DNA of 64,000 nucleotides, from assembly GCA_000438195.1 (NCBI GenBank), contig FR903078.1:9845-73844 (forward strand), given 5' to 3'. Under the pieces are notes generated by a model, which had not been told where the DNA came from, did not search any database, and worked only from the letters and a program-made list of their open reading frames with translations. Positions 1-9,173 of the stretch are shown one piece after another. Each line of letters begins with the position of its first letter. The stretch's first letter is position 1. Source of the DNA: Mycoplasma sp. CAG:776. Lineage in GTDB: Bacteria > Bacillota_I > Bacilli_A > RF39 > UBA660. The position numbers and the translations under genes are program-made.

Positions 1-1009
1 AAGTACAAAGAATTTAATAGCAAGTGTTTTAGAGCAAAAATATACTGTTTTAAAAACACAAGGAAATTTGAATACAAATATTGGATTATCTTTAACTTTG
101 TTGGGTTATCAAAATGAAGAATGTATTGTTTTAGAGATGGGAATGAATACTTTTGGAGAAATAAGTACTCTTAGTAATATTGCAAAACCTACTATTGCAG
201 TTATAACGAACATTGGAACTAGTCATATTGGTAATTTAGGCAGTAGAGAAAATATTTTAAAAGCCAAATTAGAAATATTGGAAGGTTTAACAGGTCCTAT
301 TTTAGTAAATAATGATAATGATTTGCTTCATAAGTGGGGTACTAATAATCAAGAACGTGAAATTATTACTTTTGGTATTGCCGAAGAAAGTGATTATCAA
401 GCTACGGATATTCATTATTCTAAGAATGGTAGTAGTTTTTATTTAAAGAATCAAGAGTATCAAATTCCTGTTTATGGAAAAGCTTTTATATATAATAGTT
501 TGGTTGCTTATGCTATTGGCAAAATGTTAGATATAAATGATGAGGATATTCGTTATGCTTATCAAAAACAGAAATCTGAAGAACATAGAATGTGTAAAAT
601 TGAAGCATGTAACTTCTTAATTTTAGACGATACCTATAATTCTAGTTATGATTCTTTAGTTTTAGCTTTAGATGTTTTAAAAAGTTTTTCTGCACGTAAA
701 ATTGCTGTTCTTGGTGATATATTAGAATTGGGAGAATTTAGTGAGAAGATTCACCGAGATATTGGTGAATTAGTTTTAAATACGCATGTTGACTTATTAG
801 TAACAGTGGGAGAACTTTCAAAATATATCAATGAGGAAGCTATGAAGCTTGGGTTAAATATTGATAGTTGTTTTCATTTTGATAAAAATGAGGAAGCTAT
901 AGATTTTTTAAAAAATAATATTAAAGCAAAAGATGTTGTATTAGTGAAAGCTAGTCATGCCATGAATTTTGGTCAAATTGTTGATGAATTAAAGGTTTGG
1001 GAGTTTTAA
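1..1009 (+). CDS. murF: UDP-N-acetylmuramoyl-tripeptide--D-alanyl-D-alanine ligase (MurF), N-terminus cut by window edge
   Basis: The frame is open from base 2 (..KTQGNLNTNIGLSL). Motifs present: LEMGMN, ITNIGTSHIG, ILDDTYNSS. Followed by ddl as in many Bacillota. Confidence 0.85.
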   Translation, partial: STKNLIASVLEQKYTVLKTQGNLNTNIGLSLTLLGYQNEECIVLEMGMNTFGEISTLSNIAKPTIAVITNIGTSHIGNLGSRENILKAKLEILEGLTGPILVNNDNDLLHKWGTNNQEREIITFGIAEESDYQATDIHYSKNGSSFYLKNQEYQIPVYGKAFIYNSLVAYAIGKMLDINDEDIRYAYQKQKSEEHRMCKIEACNFLILDDTYNSSYDSLVLALDVLKSFSARKIAVLGDILELGEFSEKIHRDIGELVLNTHVDLLVTVGELSKYINEEAMKLGLNIDSCFHFDKNEEAIDFLKNNIKAKDVVLVKASHAMNFGQIVDELKVWEF

Positions 1010-1016
1010 ATTCAGA

Positions 1017-2057
1017 ATGAAGAGGATTGTGCCTATATTATTAGAATGGTATCAATTAAATAAAAGAATGCTACCTTGGAGAGAAACAAAAAATCCTTAT
1101 TTTATATGGATTTCAGAGATTATGTTACAACAGACAAGAATAGATGCTGTTATTCCTTATTATCATCGCTTTATTAAAAAGATGCCAGATGTTTCTAGTT
1201 TGGCTTCTATTCCCTTAGATGATCTTTTAAAATTGTGGGAAGGTTTGGGATATTATAGTCGAGCAAGAAATTTAAAAAAAGCAGCTCAAGTAATTATGGA
1301 AGAGTATCGAGGCATATTTCCTAATACTTATGAAAAAATTATTAAACTTCCTGGTATAGGGGAATATACGGCTTCGGCTATTGCTTCTATTTGCTTTGGC
1401 GAAGCTACGCCAACAGTTGACGGTAATGTTTTGAGAGTTTATACTAGATTTAAAAATGATAAAAGAAATATTGATTTACCTAAAACTAAAAAGGAAATTA
1501 GAAATGAACTTAGCAGAATAATGCCTTTAGAAACTGGAGATTTTAATGAAGCTTTAATGGAACTTGGAGAAAGTGTTTGCCTTCCAAAGGGTAAACCAAA
1601 ATGTGAAGATTGTCCTATTCGTGAGTTTTGCAAAGCATTTAAATATCAAACTTGGGATAAACTTCCTATAAGAATGGAAAAACGAAAGAAAAAAGAATTA
1701 TTTTTTACTATATTTTTGTTTTCTTATCAAAGATATTTTGCTATTTCCAGAAGAGATAAGGAAAAGCTATTACAGCATTTGTGGGAATTTCCTAATATTA
1801 GTGGTGATCTAACTTTGGAAGATATTAAAAAATATTTAGTTCAAAAAGATATTTCCTATATTTCTATAAAGAAAAGTATTGCAAATAAACATGTCTTTAC
1901 TCATCAAATTTGGTATATGCAAGCTTATTTAATCGAAGTTTCTAAAAAAATAGCAAACTTAGATTGGAAAACGTTAGAAGAAATAAATACAAACTATGCT
2001 ATTCCTACGGCTTTTCAACCATTTTTGAAAGAATTAAAAAGAAGAGAAAACGCATAA
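1017..2057 (+). CDS. mutY: A/G-specific adenine DNA glycosylase (MutY)
   Basis: HhH-GPD motif LPGIGEYTASAIASICFG. 4Fe-4S Cys cluster CLPKGKPKCEDCPIREFC. The extra C-terminal domain makes it longer than Nth. Confidence 0.85.
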   Translation: MKRIVPILLEWYQLNKRMLPWRETKNPYFIWISEIMLQQTRIDAVIPYYHRFIKKMPDVSSLASIPLDDLLKLWEGLGYYSRARNLKKAAQVIMEEYRGIFPNTYEKIIKLPGIGEYTASAIASICFGEATPTVDGNVLRVYTRFKNDKRNIDLPKTKKEIRNELSRIMPLETGDFNEALMELGESVCLPKGKPKCEDCPIREFCKAFKYQTWDKLPIRMEKRKKKELFFTIFLFSYQRYFAISRRDKEKLLQHLWEFPNISGDLTLEDIKKYLVQKDISYISIKKSIANKHVFTHQIWYMQAYLIEVSKKIANLDWKTLEEINTNYAIPTAFQPFLKELKRRENA

Positions 2058-2076
2058 ATTTTAATGGAGGTTATTT

Positions 2077-3114
2077 ATGAAATTAGCAGTATTATTTGGA
2101 GGCTCTTCTAATGAATATGAAGTTTCAATTGTATCAGCGTGTTCTATTATTAAAAATTTAGATCATCAAAAGTATGAGATTATGCCTATTTATTTGGATA
2201 AAAATAATCAATTTTGGCTTTGGGTAAAAGATATTAGTACTATTGGCCCTATGGAATTTGGTATTTTGCCTGAACAATTGGAATTAATTGAAGATCCTTT
2301 TCAATTCTTAAAAAATATGGACAGTGTTTTTCTTATGATTCATGGTAAAAATGGCGAGGATGGAACTTTGGCTAGCGTATTTGATTTTTTAGGAATTTCT
2401 TATGTTGGAAATAAACCTATGCCTAGCATGATTACAATGGATAAGATATATGCAAAAGATATTTTAGAACTAAATCATATTAGAACAGCAAAATATATAG
2501 CTTTTACTAAATACCTAGATTTTTATATCATGGAAGGAAAAAAGTATACTTTAGATCAAGTTTTAGATTGCCTTGAAACAAAAATGATTTTTCCATTATT
2601 TATTAAACCAGCGAATAGTGGTTCTTCTGTTGGAATTAGTAAGGCTAAGAATAGGGAAGAACTAGAACAAGCAATTAAAATAGCTTTAGATGTTGATACA
2701 AGGATTTTAGTGGAACAAGAAATCAAAGGCCGAGAACTAGAATGTGCTATTTTAGAATGTAAAGGGAAAATTCTAGCATCTACAGTTGGAGAAATTTTAG
2801 CAAGTGATGAGTTCTATAGTTATGATGCTAAATATAAAAATCAAGAAAGTAAAACGGTAATACCGGCTTTATTATCTTCTGATATTGCTAGACAAATAAA
2901 AGAGATTGCTATTCAAGCTTTTCAAATTTTAAATTTACGAGGATATAGTAGAGTAGATTTTTTCTTAGATGAAGAGGGAAATATTATTTTAAATGAAATT
3001 AACACTATTCCTGGTTTTACAGAAATTAGTATGTATCCTAAATTGTGGGAAGCAAGTGGAATTTCTTATACAACACTTTTAGATATTTTAGTAGAGGAAA
3101 GTTTAAAAAAATAA
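2077..3114 (+). CDS. ddl: D-alanine--D-alanine ligase
   Basis: ATP-grasp pattern: MKLAVLFGGSSNEYEVS, HGKNGEDGTLASVFDFLGISYVG, SRVDFFLDEEGNIILNEINTIPGFT. Confidence 0.9.
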   Translation: MKLAVLFGGSSNEYEVSIVSACSIIKNLDHQKYEIMPIYLDKNNQFWLWVKDISTIGPMEFGILPEQLELIEDPFQFLKNMDSVFLMIHGKNGEDGTLASVFDFLGISYVGNKPMPSMITMDKIYAKDILELNHIRTAKYIAFTKYLDFYIMEGKKYTLDQVLDCLETKMIFPLFIKPANSGSSVGISKAKNREELEQAIKIALDVDTRILVEQEIKGRELECAILECKGKILASTVGEILASDEFYSYDAKYKNQESKTVIPALLSSDIARQIKEIAIQAFQILNLRGYSRVDFFLDEEGNIILNEINTIPGFTEISMYPKLWEASGISYTTLLDILVEESLKK

Positions 3115-3141
3115 GCGTCGAATTTTGTCGAACGCTTTTTC
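3114..3141 (+). terminator. Intrinsic terminator after ddl
   Basis: AGCGTCGA / TCGAACGCT stem with one bulge, followed by TTTTT. Confidence 0.55.
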
Positions 3142-3176
3142 TTGTATTTTTCATTATTTCATATTAAAATAAAAGC

Positions 3177-3264
3177 GTAGTTCTGAGATGAAACCTACAC
3201 TCCTATAAAAATATAAAAAATGAAATTTTAGTTATTATTTAAATATTTCAGAACTACCTTTTTT
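3177..3264 (+). ncRNA. Candidate small antisense RNA (putative type I antitoxin)
   Basis: TTGTAT (3142-3147), 17-nt spacer, TAAAAT (3165-3170). The transcript would begin with GTAGTTCTGA (3177-3186) and end with TCAGAACTAC (3248-3257) followed by CC and six T. Its 3' end overlaps the stop codon of the convergent small ORF. Confidence 0.3.
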
Positions 3265-3361
3265 AACTATATATGGCATATGATATTACTGTTGCTGCAA
3301 CAGATGCAATCATGGCTATTAACATACACCAAGCAAAGATTTTTCTTGCTCTTTTACTCAT
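3263..3361 (-). CDS. 32-aa hydrophobic peptide (MSKRARKIFAWCMLIAMIASVAATVISYAIYS), candidate type I toxin-like membrane peptide
   Basis: Below the ORF-track size cut-off. ATG preceded by GGGGA about 10 nt upstream. Charged N-terminus followed by one TM helix. Confidence 0.4.
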   Translation of the reverse strand: MSKRARKIFAWCMLIAMIASVAATVISYAIYS

Positions 3362-3449
3362 AATATATATCCCCATTTCTTTTTATTGATTTCTTTATAT
3401 AATTTATCATATTTTTGCTTTTTTTTCAATATAATTTAATGGTGATATT

Positions 3450-4019
3450 ATGAATTTTATTAGGACAAGCTTAAAACTGGATAAAAAATATCTAAAAATC
3501 TTGTTAGCTTTTCTTTGTTTGGGCATTTTTGTAGGATTTATTTTTTATAAAAAGATTGATTCTACTTTTTTTATTGATGATATTCAAAATATAGTTACAA
3601 ATTTAGAAAGTGTGCATATTAATTTTTTCTTTCTTCATTTTATTGTTATATCTATTTTGATTGCTAGTTCTTTTATGATTTTTGGAGTTTTATTATTTCC
3701 AATTTACTTTTTATGGGAAATTATTTGTATTAGTTATTCTATTTTTATTTTTGGCGAAGTATTTGGTTTATCTGGTGTGTTTTTTGGAGTTTTTTATAAT
3801 TTACTTTTAAAAGGACTTTGGTTAATAGTACTTTATTTGGTTTTTAAGAATGTCTATTTTATTATTAAAAATAATATTATTCATAAAAAAGATGATTTTT
3901 CTTTTAAAAAACAGTATCAAATTGTTTTTATTAGTATTTTAATAATTTTAATTTATGATATTTTTATTTACTTTTTTGGGAATTCCATTTTATTAAAATT
4001 AACCTTTATTTTAACTTAA
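3450..4019 (+). CDS. Polytopic membrane protein, possibly SpoIIM/DUF95-like
   Basis: 189 aa with several TM segments. Size and topology resemble stage II sporulation protein M. No diagnostic motif seen. Confidence 0.35.
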   Translation: MNFIRTSLKLDKKYLKILLAFLCLGIFVGFIFYKKIDSTFFIDDIQNIVTNLESVHINFFFLHFIVISILIASSFMIFGVLLFPIYFLWEIICISYSIFIFGEVFGLSGVFFGVFYNLLLKGLWLIVLYLVFKNVYFIIKNNIIHKKDDFSFKKQYQIVFISILIILIYDIFIYFFGNSILLKLTFILT

Positions 4020-4064
4020 TTTACTAATTAGATAAGACATGGTATAATATTTTTGTGATGTATT

Positions 4065-5168
4065 ATGAAAAAAGTTATCGTGGGAATTAGTGGAGGAGTA
4101 GATTCAGCTGTAGCGGCTTTTCTTCTAAAAAAAGAAGGATATGAGGTAGAAGGACTTTTTATGCGAAATTGGGATGCTATGGTAAATAATGATTATCTTG
4201 GCAATCCTACTTTAGAAGAATCTATTTGTCCTCAAGAACAAGACTATAATGATGCGTTAGAAGCTTGCCGAATTATAGGTATACCTCTTCATAGAGTTGA
4301 TTTTATTAAAGAATATTGGGATTATGTATTTACTTACTTTTTAGAAGAGTTAAAAAAAGGAAGAACGCCTAATCCAGATTTATTATGTAATAAATTTATT
4401 AAATTTGATTTATTTAAAAAAGAGGCGAAGAGATTAGGGGCAGATTTAATTGCAACTGGTCATTATGCTAAAGTTATTGATGGTAAATTATATAGAGCTA
4501 AGGATTTAAATAAAGATCAGACTTATTTTTTAGCGGATATTACCAAAGAACAGTTAGAAGATGTTTTATTTCCTCTTGGAGATTATACAAAACCTGAGGT
4601 AAGAGAGATAGCTTTAAAAGCAAATCTTAATGTGGCTAAGAAAAAGGATTCTACGGGTATTTGCTTTATTGGAGAAAGACATTATCAAGATTTTATTAAA
4701 AATTATTTGAAGCCTAATCCTGGAAATATTGTAGATGTTGAGACTAAAAAGATTGTTGGAAGACATACGGGACTTATGAATTATACAATTGGACAGAGAA
4801 GAAATGTTGGTTTAAGTGGTGATGAAAAAAGACATTATGTTTGTGGTAAGAGTGTTAAAGATAATATTCTTTATGTTGCTTTTGGTGATAGTGAGTATTT
4901 ATATAGTGATGAATGTGTTTTGGATCAAGTTAATTTACTAGGTTCACTTCCTCAAACATTTAATGTTAAATTCCGTTATCGTGGAGAAGATGTACCTGTT
5001 CAAGTAATTAGTATTTCCGAACAAGAAATAAGACTAAAATATCCAACACTTGCTAAAGCAGTTACTCCTGGACAAGCGTGTGTATTTTATGATGGTGAAG
5101 AGTGTTTAGGTTGTGGTTTTATTGGAGATATTTATAAGAATGGAGAGAAGATTTGGTATTTATCTTAA
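4065..5168 (+). CDS. mnmA: tRNA-specific 2-thiouridylase MnmA
   Basis: PP-loop GISGGVDSAVAA, plus NPDLLCNKFIKF, GHYA and GICFIGE. Confidence 0.9.
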   Translation: MKKVIVGISGGVDSAVAAFLLKKEGYEVEGLFMRNWDAMVNNDYLGNPTLEESICPQEQDYNDALEACRIIGIPLHRVDFIKEYWDYVFTYFLEELKKGRTPNPDLLCNKFIKFDLFKKEAKRLGADLIATGHYAKVIDGKLYRAKDLNKDQTYFLADITKEQLEDVLFPLGDYTKPEVREIALKANLNVAKKKDSTGICFIGERHYQDFIKNYLKPNPGNIVDVETKKIVGRHTGLMNYTIGQRRNVGLSGDEKRHYVCGKSVKDNILYVAFGDSEYLYSDECVLDQVNLLGSLPQTFNVKFRYRGEDVPVQVISISEQEIRLKYPTLAKAVTPGQACVFYDGEECLGCGFIGDIYKNGEKIWYLS

Positions 5169-5245
5169 ATATTTGCTTAACTACTACTTGACATATAAGT
5201 GTTAAGTAATTTATAATTAAGGTGTAAAGTAAAAGGAGAATTGTT

Positions 5246-6022
5246 ATGAATAGTTTAAATGAATTATTACAGGAATTGGGTATATCTAAAGTTAGACTTG
5301 CAAAGTATTTAAATGTTTCAAGGCAAATGGTTTATAATTATTTAGAGTTAGAAGATTTAAATAAATGGCCTAAAGAGAAGAAAATTTTACTATTAAAACT
5401 TCTTGATATTGAGGATGGTACAGAAGGGGCTATTAGTAGCATTAAGATAACAACAGATTATTTAATGGCTGTAGAAAATAGACTTAATCAAGGCGTTAAA
5501 AATACTAGCGATATGGATAGTTATTTTGATATGAAAGGCTTGGATAAGAATTCTCAAACTTTGCTAGCTGATATTAATTATTTGTTAAAAGAAAAATTAT
5601 TAGATGAAAATAAAAAAGAAGAAAATTATCATGTAATTAGCTACTTATATCATATGTTACAATCAATGGATAATGTTCCGGAAATTAAATATATTCTTGG
5701 TTACATGTCTAAGACTACTGGTTTTATTAGCCCAGATGAATTTGCTTTTAATGAAGAAAAACAGTTTATATTTGAGGGAATATTATATTCTGCTTTGACT
5801 TTATATAACAACGGAGGAGCTAGCAGAAGTAAATTAAAAGAAAGTCATAAGCGTTTTGTACAAGAAATTGAACAAAAGAATGAAGAAAAACTTAGTCGTA
5901 CACAACAATTAAATACTATTAAAATTCAAGCTTTAAGAGAACTTGGCTATGATCAGATGACAGAGCAAAATGCTGCTGAAGTTCTAGAAAAAATAGCTGA
6001 AATAGAAACGAGAAAAGTATAG
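5246..6022 (+). CDS. HTH-domain protein of unknown function
   Basis: N-terminal HTH-like LGISKVRLAKYLNVSRQMVYNYL. RBS AAAGGAG upstream. Confidence 0.6.
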   Translation: MNSLNELLQELGISKVRLAKYLNVSRQMVYNYLELEDLNKWPKEKKILLLKLLDIEDGTEGAISSIKITTDYLMAVENRLNQGVKNTSDMDSYFDMKGLDKNSQTLLADINYLLKEKLLDENKKEENYHVISYLYHMLQSMDNVPEIKYILGYMSKTTGFISPDEFAFNEEKQFIFEGILYSALTLYNNGGASRSKLKESHKRFVQEIEQKNEEKLSRTQQLNTIKIQALRELGYDQMTEQNAAEVLEKIAEIETRKV

Positions 6023-6822
6023 TGAAAAAGAAAGTATTAGTAGTATTAGGAATTGTTGTAGTAATAATTGTTATATTTTTAGTAATATTTTTAGGTGATA
6101 AACCTTTAAAGTTAGATGATCCACAAGTTACTGAGCTATATTCTTATCTAGGTGAGGTTGATATTTATCATTGCGGTGGTTTAAATTCTTATACGGGTGA
6201 TGAAGTAAAGTATGATACTCTTTCTAGTAATAACAAGCTTTGTATGGCCTATTATAAGTTAGATGATAAGCAAATAAAATCTGATTCTCATGAAGTGACT
6301 ACTAAAAATGATAATGATATAAAAATATGTGAGATAGGTGAGGGGATTAGGCTTGCAGCAGAAGAAGGGGAGGACAGTTGTGGGTATCAAATCGTTTCTT
6401 CTACTGATTTAAAAAAAGCTTATTCTGCTATTTATGGAGAAGAATTACCAGATGATACATCGTTTTATATCAACGGTACAGAAGCTTGTTATCTTAATGG
6501 TGAAGAATATTATTGCGGGGAAGCAGAGACTTTTGTTTATTCTTTGACTCCTGAAGCTACGATTTATCGTTTAATGAATAAAGCTTCTGAAAAGTTGAAC
6601 GAGGATATTGTTATTACAGATTATTATTTGAGAATATCTGGTAACAAGTGTTATGGTTCAAATGATTCTGAAGATGAAATTTCAGCTTGTTCAGAAGCTT
6701 TAGAAAATAATAATGTAGAAATAAATGAAGAATTTGTACAAAAATATGGTACTCTTTATAAACACACTTTTAAGAAAAATAATGATGATAATTATTATTG
6801 GTATTCTAGTAATTTAAAATAG
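6022..6822 (+). CDS. Membrane-anchored Cys-rich extracytoplasmic protein, unknown function
   Basis: GTG start overlaps the upstream TAG by 1 nt. N-terminal TM VLVVLGIVVVIIVIFLVIFL. Multiple Cys in the ectodomain. Confidence 0.55.
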   Translation: MKKKVLVVLGIVVVIIVIFLVIFLGDKPLKLDDPQVTELYSYLGEVDIYHCGGLNSYTGDEVKYDTLSSNNKLCMAYYKLDDKQIKSDSHEVTTKNDNDIKICEIGEGIRLAAEEGEDSCGYQIVSSTDLKKAYSAIYGEELPDDTSFYINGTEACYLNGEEYYCGEAETFVYSLTPEATIYRLMNKASEKLNEDIVITDYYLRISGNKCYGSNDSEDEISACSEALENNNVEINEEFVQKYGTLYKHTFKKNNDDNYYWYSSNLK

Positions 6823-7267
6823 AACTTTATTAATTTAAGGTTCTTTTTTTATCTTAAAATAATTGATGAACGTTAATTTTTATGTTCTAACTTATAACCT
6901 TATTATATATTATAAATATGATATATATTACACGTATGCGTTTTAACCTTATTTTAAAATTAAATAAGGTTATTATTGTGCATTTATGCAATGTGATTTA
7001 TTAGTTAAATTTTTGAATATTATTGATTTGTGCGTCTAAATTCCATAAACTAAATTTGGTGGTTAATTTTTTATGAAAAATGATTGAGTTGATCAGAAAA
7101 TATAGTTATTATACTAGTTTTTAAGTTAATATTTTTTTAAAACTTTCTAGTTCGCTAAATATATATTATGTTAACTTTGTTCTCTGAAATATTTTTAAAT
7201 ATTTGAAAATTTTGAGATTTAATGTTAATATATATGTATATATGTCAAAAAGCTGAGGATTGGTTTT

Positions 7268-7873
7268 ATGAAATTATTATTAGCTATTTTCAATTTACTA
7301 TTGAGTGTAATTATAATTATTAATTTTATCTTTATCATGAAAGACTTTATTAAGAATTGGGCTTTGATTAATTCTAACAGTTGTAACTATGGGCCTTTAT
7401 CTTTGGAAGATCGTACTAAACTCTTTATATTTAAGTTGTTTTATGGAATTGTATTTGTGCTTTTTATTGCTTTTTTAATATTTTTTCTAGTCATCTATCA
7501 AAGTAAATTTTGGGGATTATTTTCTGTTTTATCATTTACATATATATTAATTAAAATTTTTAAAGATAAAGAGAACTCCCCTTCCCTTTTAAATAGATAT
7601 GCTCCTGAGATATTATTTTTGAGTTCTTTGTTATATTTTTTTGTTATTGATCCCGAAATCTTTCAGATATTTTTAAACTTTTTAAATATACAAGAACAAT
7701 GGTTAACACAAATGCTTTTGATATTATTTATTTGTATTATTCCCCTTTTAGGAATCTTTTCATTAATTATTAATCTTAATTTGTTTATTTCAAATATATT
7801 AATGATTTTTAACTCAGAGATAGAATGTTTTAATATAGAAAAGGTAGAATATTCCTTAAAACAGGAAAGATAA
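7268..7873 (+). CDS. Polytopic membrane protein, unknown function
   Basis: 201-aa ORF with several hydrophobic segments. RBS GAGGA upstream. Follows a 445-bp AT-rich spacer. Confidence 0.5.
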   Translation: MKLLLAIFNLLLSVIIIINFIFIMKDFIKNWALINSNSCNYGPLSLEDRTKLFIFKLFYGIVFVLFIAFLIFFLVIYQSKFWGLFSVLSFTYILIKIFKDKENSPSLLNRYAPEILFLSSLLYFFVIDPEIFQIFLNFLNIQEQWLTQMLLILFICIIPLLGIFSLIINLNLFISNILMIFNSEIECFNIEKVEYSLKQER

Positions 7874-7881
7874 AATTAACT

Positions 7882-8199
7882 TTGTTGGGTAAAATTGGCT
7901 ATTTTTTCAAGGTTCCTTTTATAACTTTGATTAACTTGTTTTATATTTTAAAAATTAAATTAATCAGAATATTAAAAATATTTTTAATGAGATTATCTAA
8001 ATATATTCAAAATAAACAAATATATAGTATTAAAAAGATGATTTATATATCTATTATATTTTCAATAAGTTTTTGCTATATATTTATAGTAATCTACAGT
8101 GATTTTTTTTATGATAAAACCATAATTATTTATGAATTTTTTGCCACAGTTATACTTATTCCAGTTGTTTATGATTTGATTACAAAATCAAAAAGCTAA
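7882..8199 (+). CDS. Small membrane protein, unknown function (TTG start)
   Basis: 105-aa hydrophobic ORF immediately downstream of the previous gene. Non-ATG start. Confidence 0.3.
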   Translation: MLGKIGYFFKVPFITLINLFYILKIKLIRILKIFLMRLSKYIQNKQIYSIKKMIYISIIFSISFCYIFIVIYSDFFYDKTIIIYEFFATVILIPVVYDLITKSKS

Positions 8200-8940
8200 A
8201 TAATTAAATAATATTAGAATACTTCCTATTATTAATCCAAAATATAAGTGTTTTTTTAGATTATATTGTTTTGCTTTAGGAAATATTACTTCAATAGCTA
8301 AAGTAATCATAATACCCGCTACTAAAAGAAGAATAATGCTAATTAGACTGTCAGTAATATATTTACTTAAAAAAATATATGCTATTAAGGCACCAATTGG
8401 TTCCGCGATTCCTGATAAGAATGTTTTAAAGATCGCATTCTTTTTTGATTTTGTTGCATAATAAATAGGTACAGCAATTGATATTCCTTCTGGTATATTA
8501 TGAAAAGCAATGGCAATTGCTAATTTAAAGCCTACTTCCATATCTTTGTATGATGTCATGAATGTCGCTATTCCTTCGGGAAAGTTATGTAATACTAAGG
8601 CTAGCATATTTAGTATTCCTAGTTTATATAAGTCATTTGATTGTTTAGTACTATTTATTAATTTATTTAAATATTTTATTAGAATTATCCCTAAGAAAAA
8701 GGCTAGGAGTGAAAAAATAATACCCTTTCCTATTCCATAATTTTTTAAAAGAATAAAGGTAGATTCTGGAATTAAATCAGTAATACTAATTCCAATCATG
8801 ATAGCTAGAGAAAATGCTAATGATGCTGTTATAAATTTGTTAATATTTTTTTCTTGGAATTTGAAAAAGATAACAAGTGATCCTAGCATTGTAGATAAAC
8901 CTGCGATGGTAGATATTAGTAAAGCACCAATAATTTCCAT
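8188..8940 (-). CDS. zupT: ZIP-family zinc transporter ZupT
   Basis: HNFPEGIATF and HNIPEGISIAVP motifs. About 8 TM segments. Confidence 0.85.
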   Translation of the reverse strand: MEIIGALLISTIAGLSTMLGSLVIFFKFQEKNINKFITASLAFSLAIMIGISITDLIPESTFILLKNYGIGKGIIFSLLAFFLGIILIKYLNKLINSTKQSNDLYKLGILNMLALVLHNFPEGIATFMTSYKDMEVGFKLAIAIAFHNIPEGISIAVPIYYATKSKKNAIFKTFLSGIAEPIGALIAYIFLSKYITDSLISIILLLVAGIMITLAIEVIFPKAKQYNLKKHLYFGLIIGSILILFNYLAF

Positions 8941-9009
8941 ATAATCACCATTAAATTATATGAATGTTTCCAAAGTTTTAACCCATAATAATAGTGGGAG
9001 GTAAAGAGA

Positions 9010-9138
9010 ATGAAAAATAATAGAGAAAACAAGAATTCTAGAAATAATAAGAATTGTAGAAATTCTAGAACTGAATCTAGAAGTTCTAGAAATGAAAAAA
9101 GCGAAAGAAGTTCTAAAGCTAATAGAGAATCTCGTTAA
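9010..9138 (+). CDS. 42-aa highly basic Arg/Ser/Asn-rich small protein (MKNNRENKNSRNNKNCRNSRTESRSSRNEKSERSSKANRESR)
   Basis: GGGAGG RBS 8 nt before the ATG and a hairpin terminator right after the stop. The opposite-strand 65-aa track ORF has no RBS and starts inside the terminator. Confidence 0.4.
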   Translation: MKNNRENKNSRNNKNCRNSRTESRSSRNEKSERSSKANRESR

Positions 9139-9144
9139 ATATAG

Positions 9145-9173
9145 AAAAGCCACGACTTAATGGTGGCTTTTTT
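9145..9173. terminator. Bidirectional hairpin shared by the small ORF (+) and xerD (-)
   Basis: AGCCAC (9148-9153) pairs with GTGGCT (9163-9168). TTTTT follows on the plus strand and TTTTC on the minus strand. The xerD stop codon lies in the loop. Confidence 0.6.

Noticed and set aside
8956-9153. 65-aa minus-strand ORF between zupT and xerD
   Set aside because: It starts inside the bidirectional terminator and has no RBS. The plus-strand 42-codon ORF with a GGGAGG RBS is the better reading.
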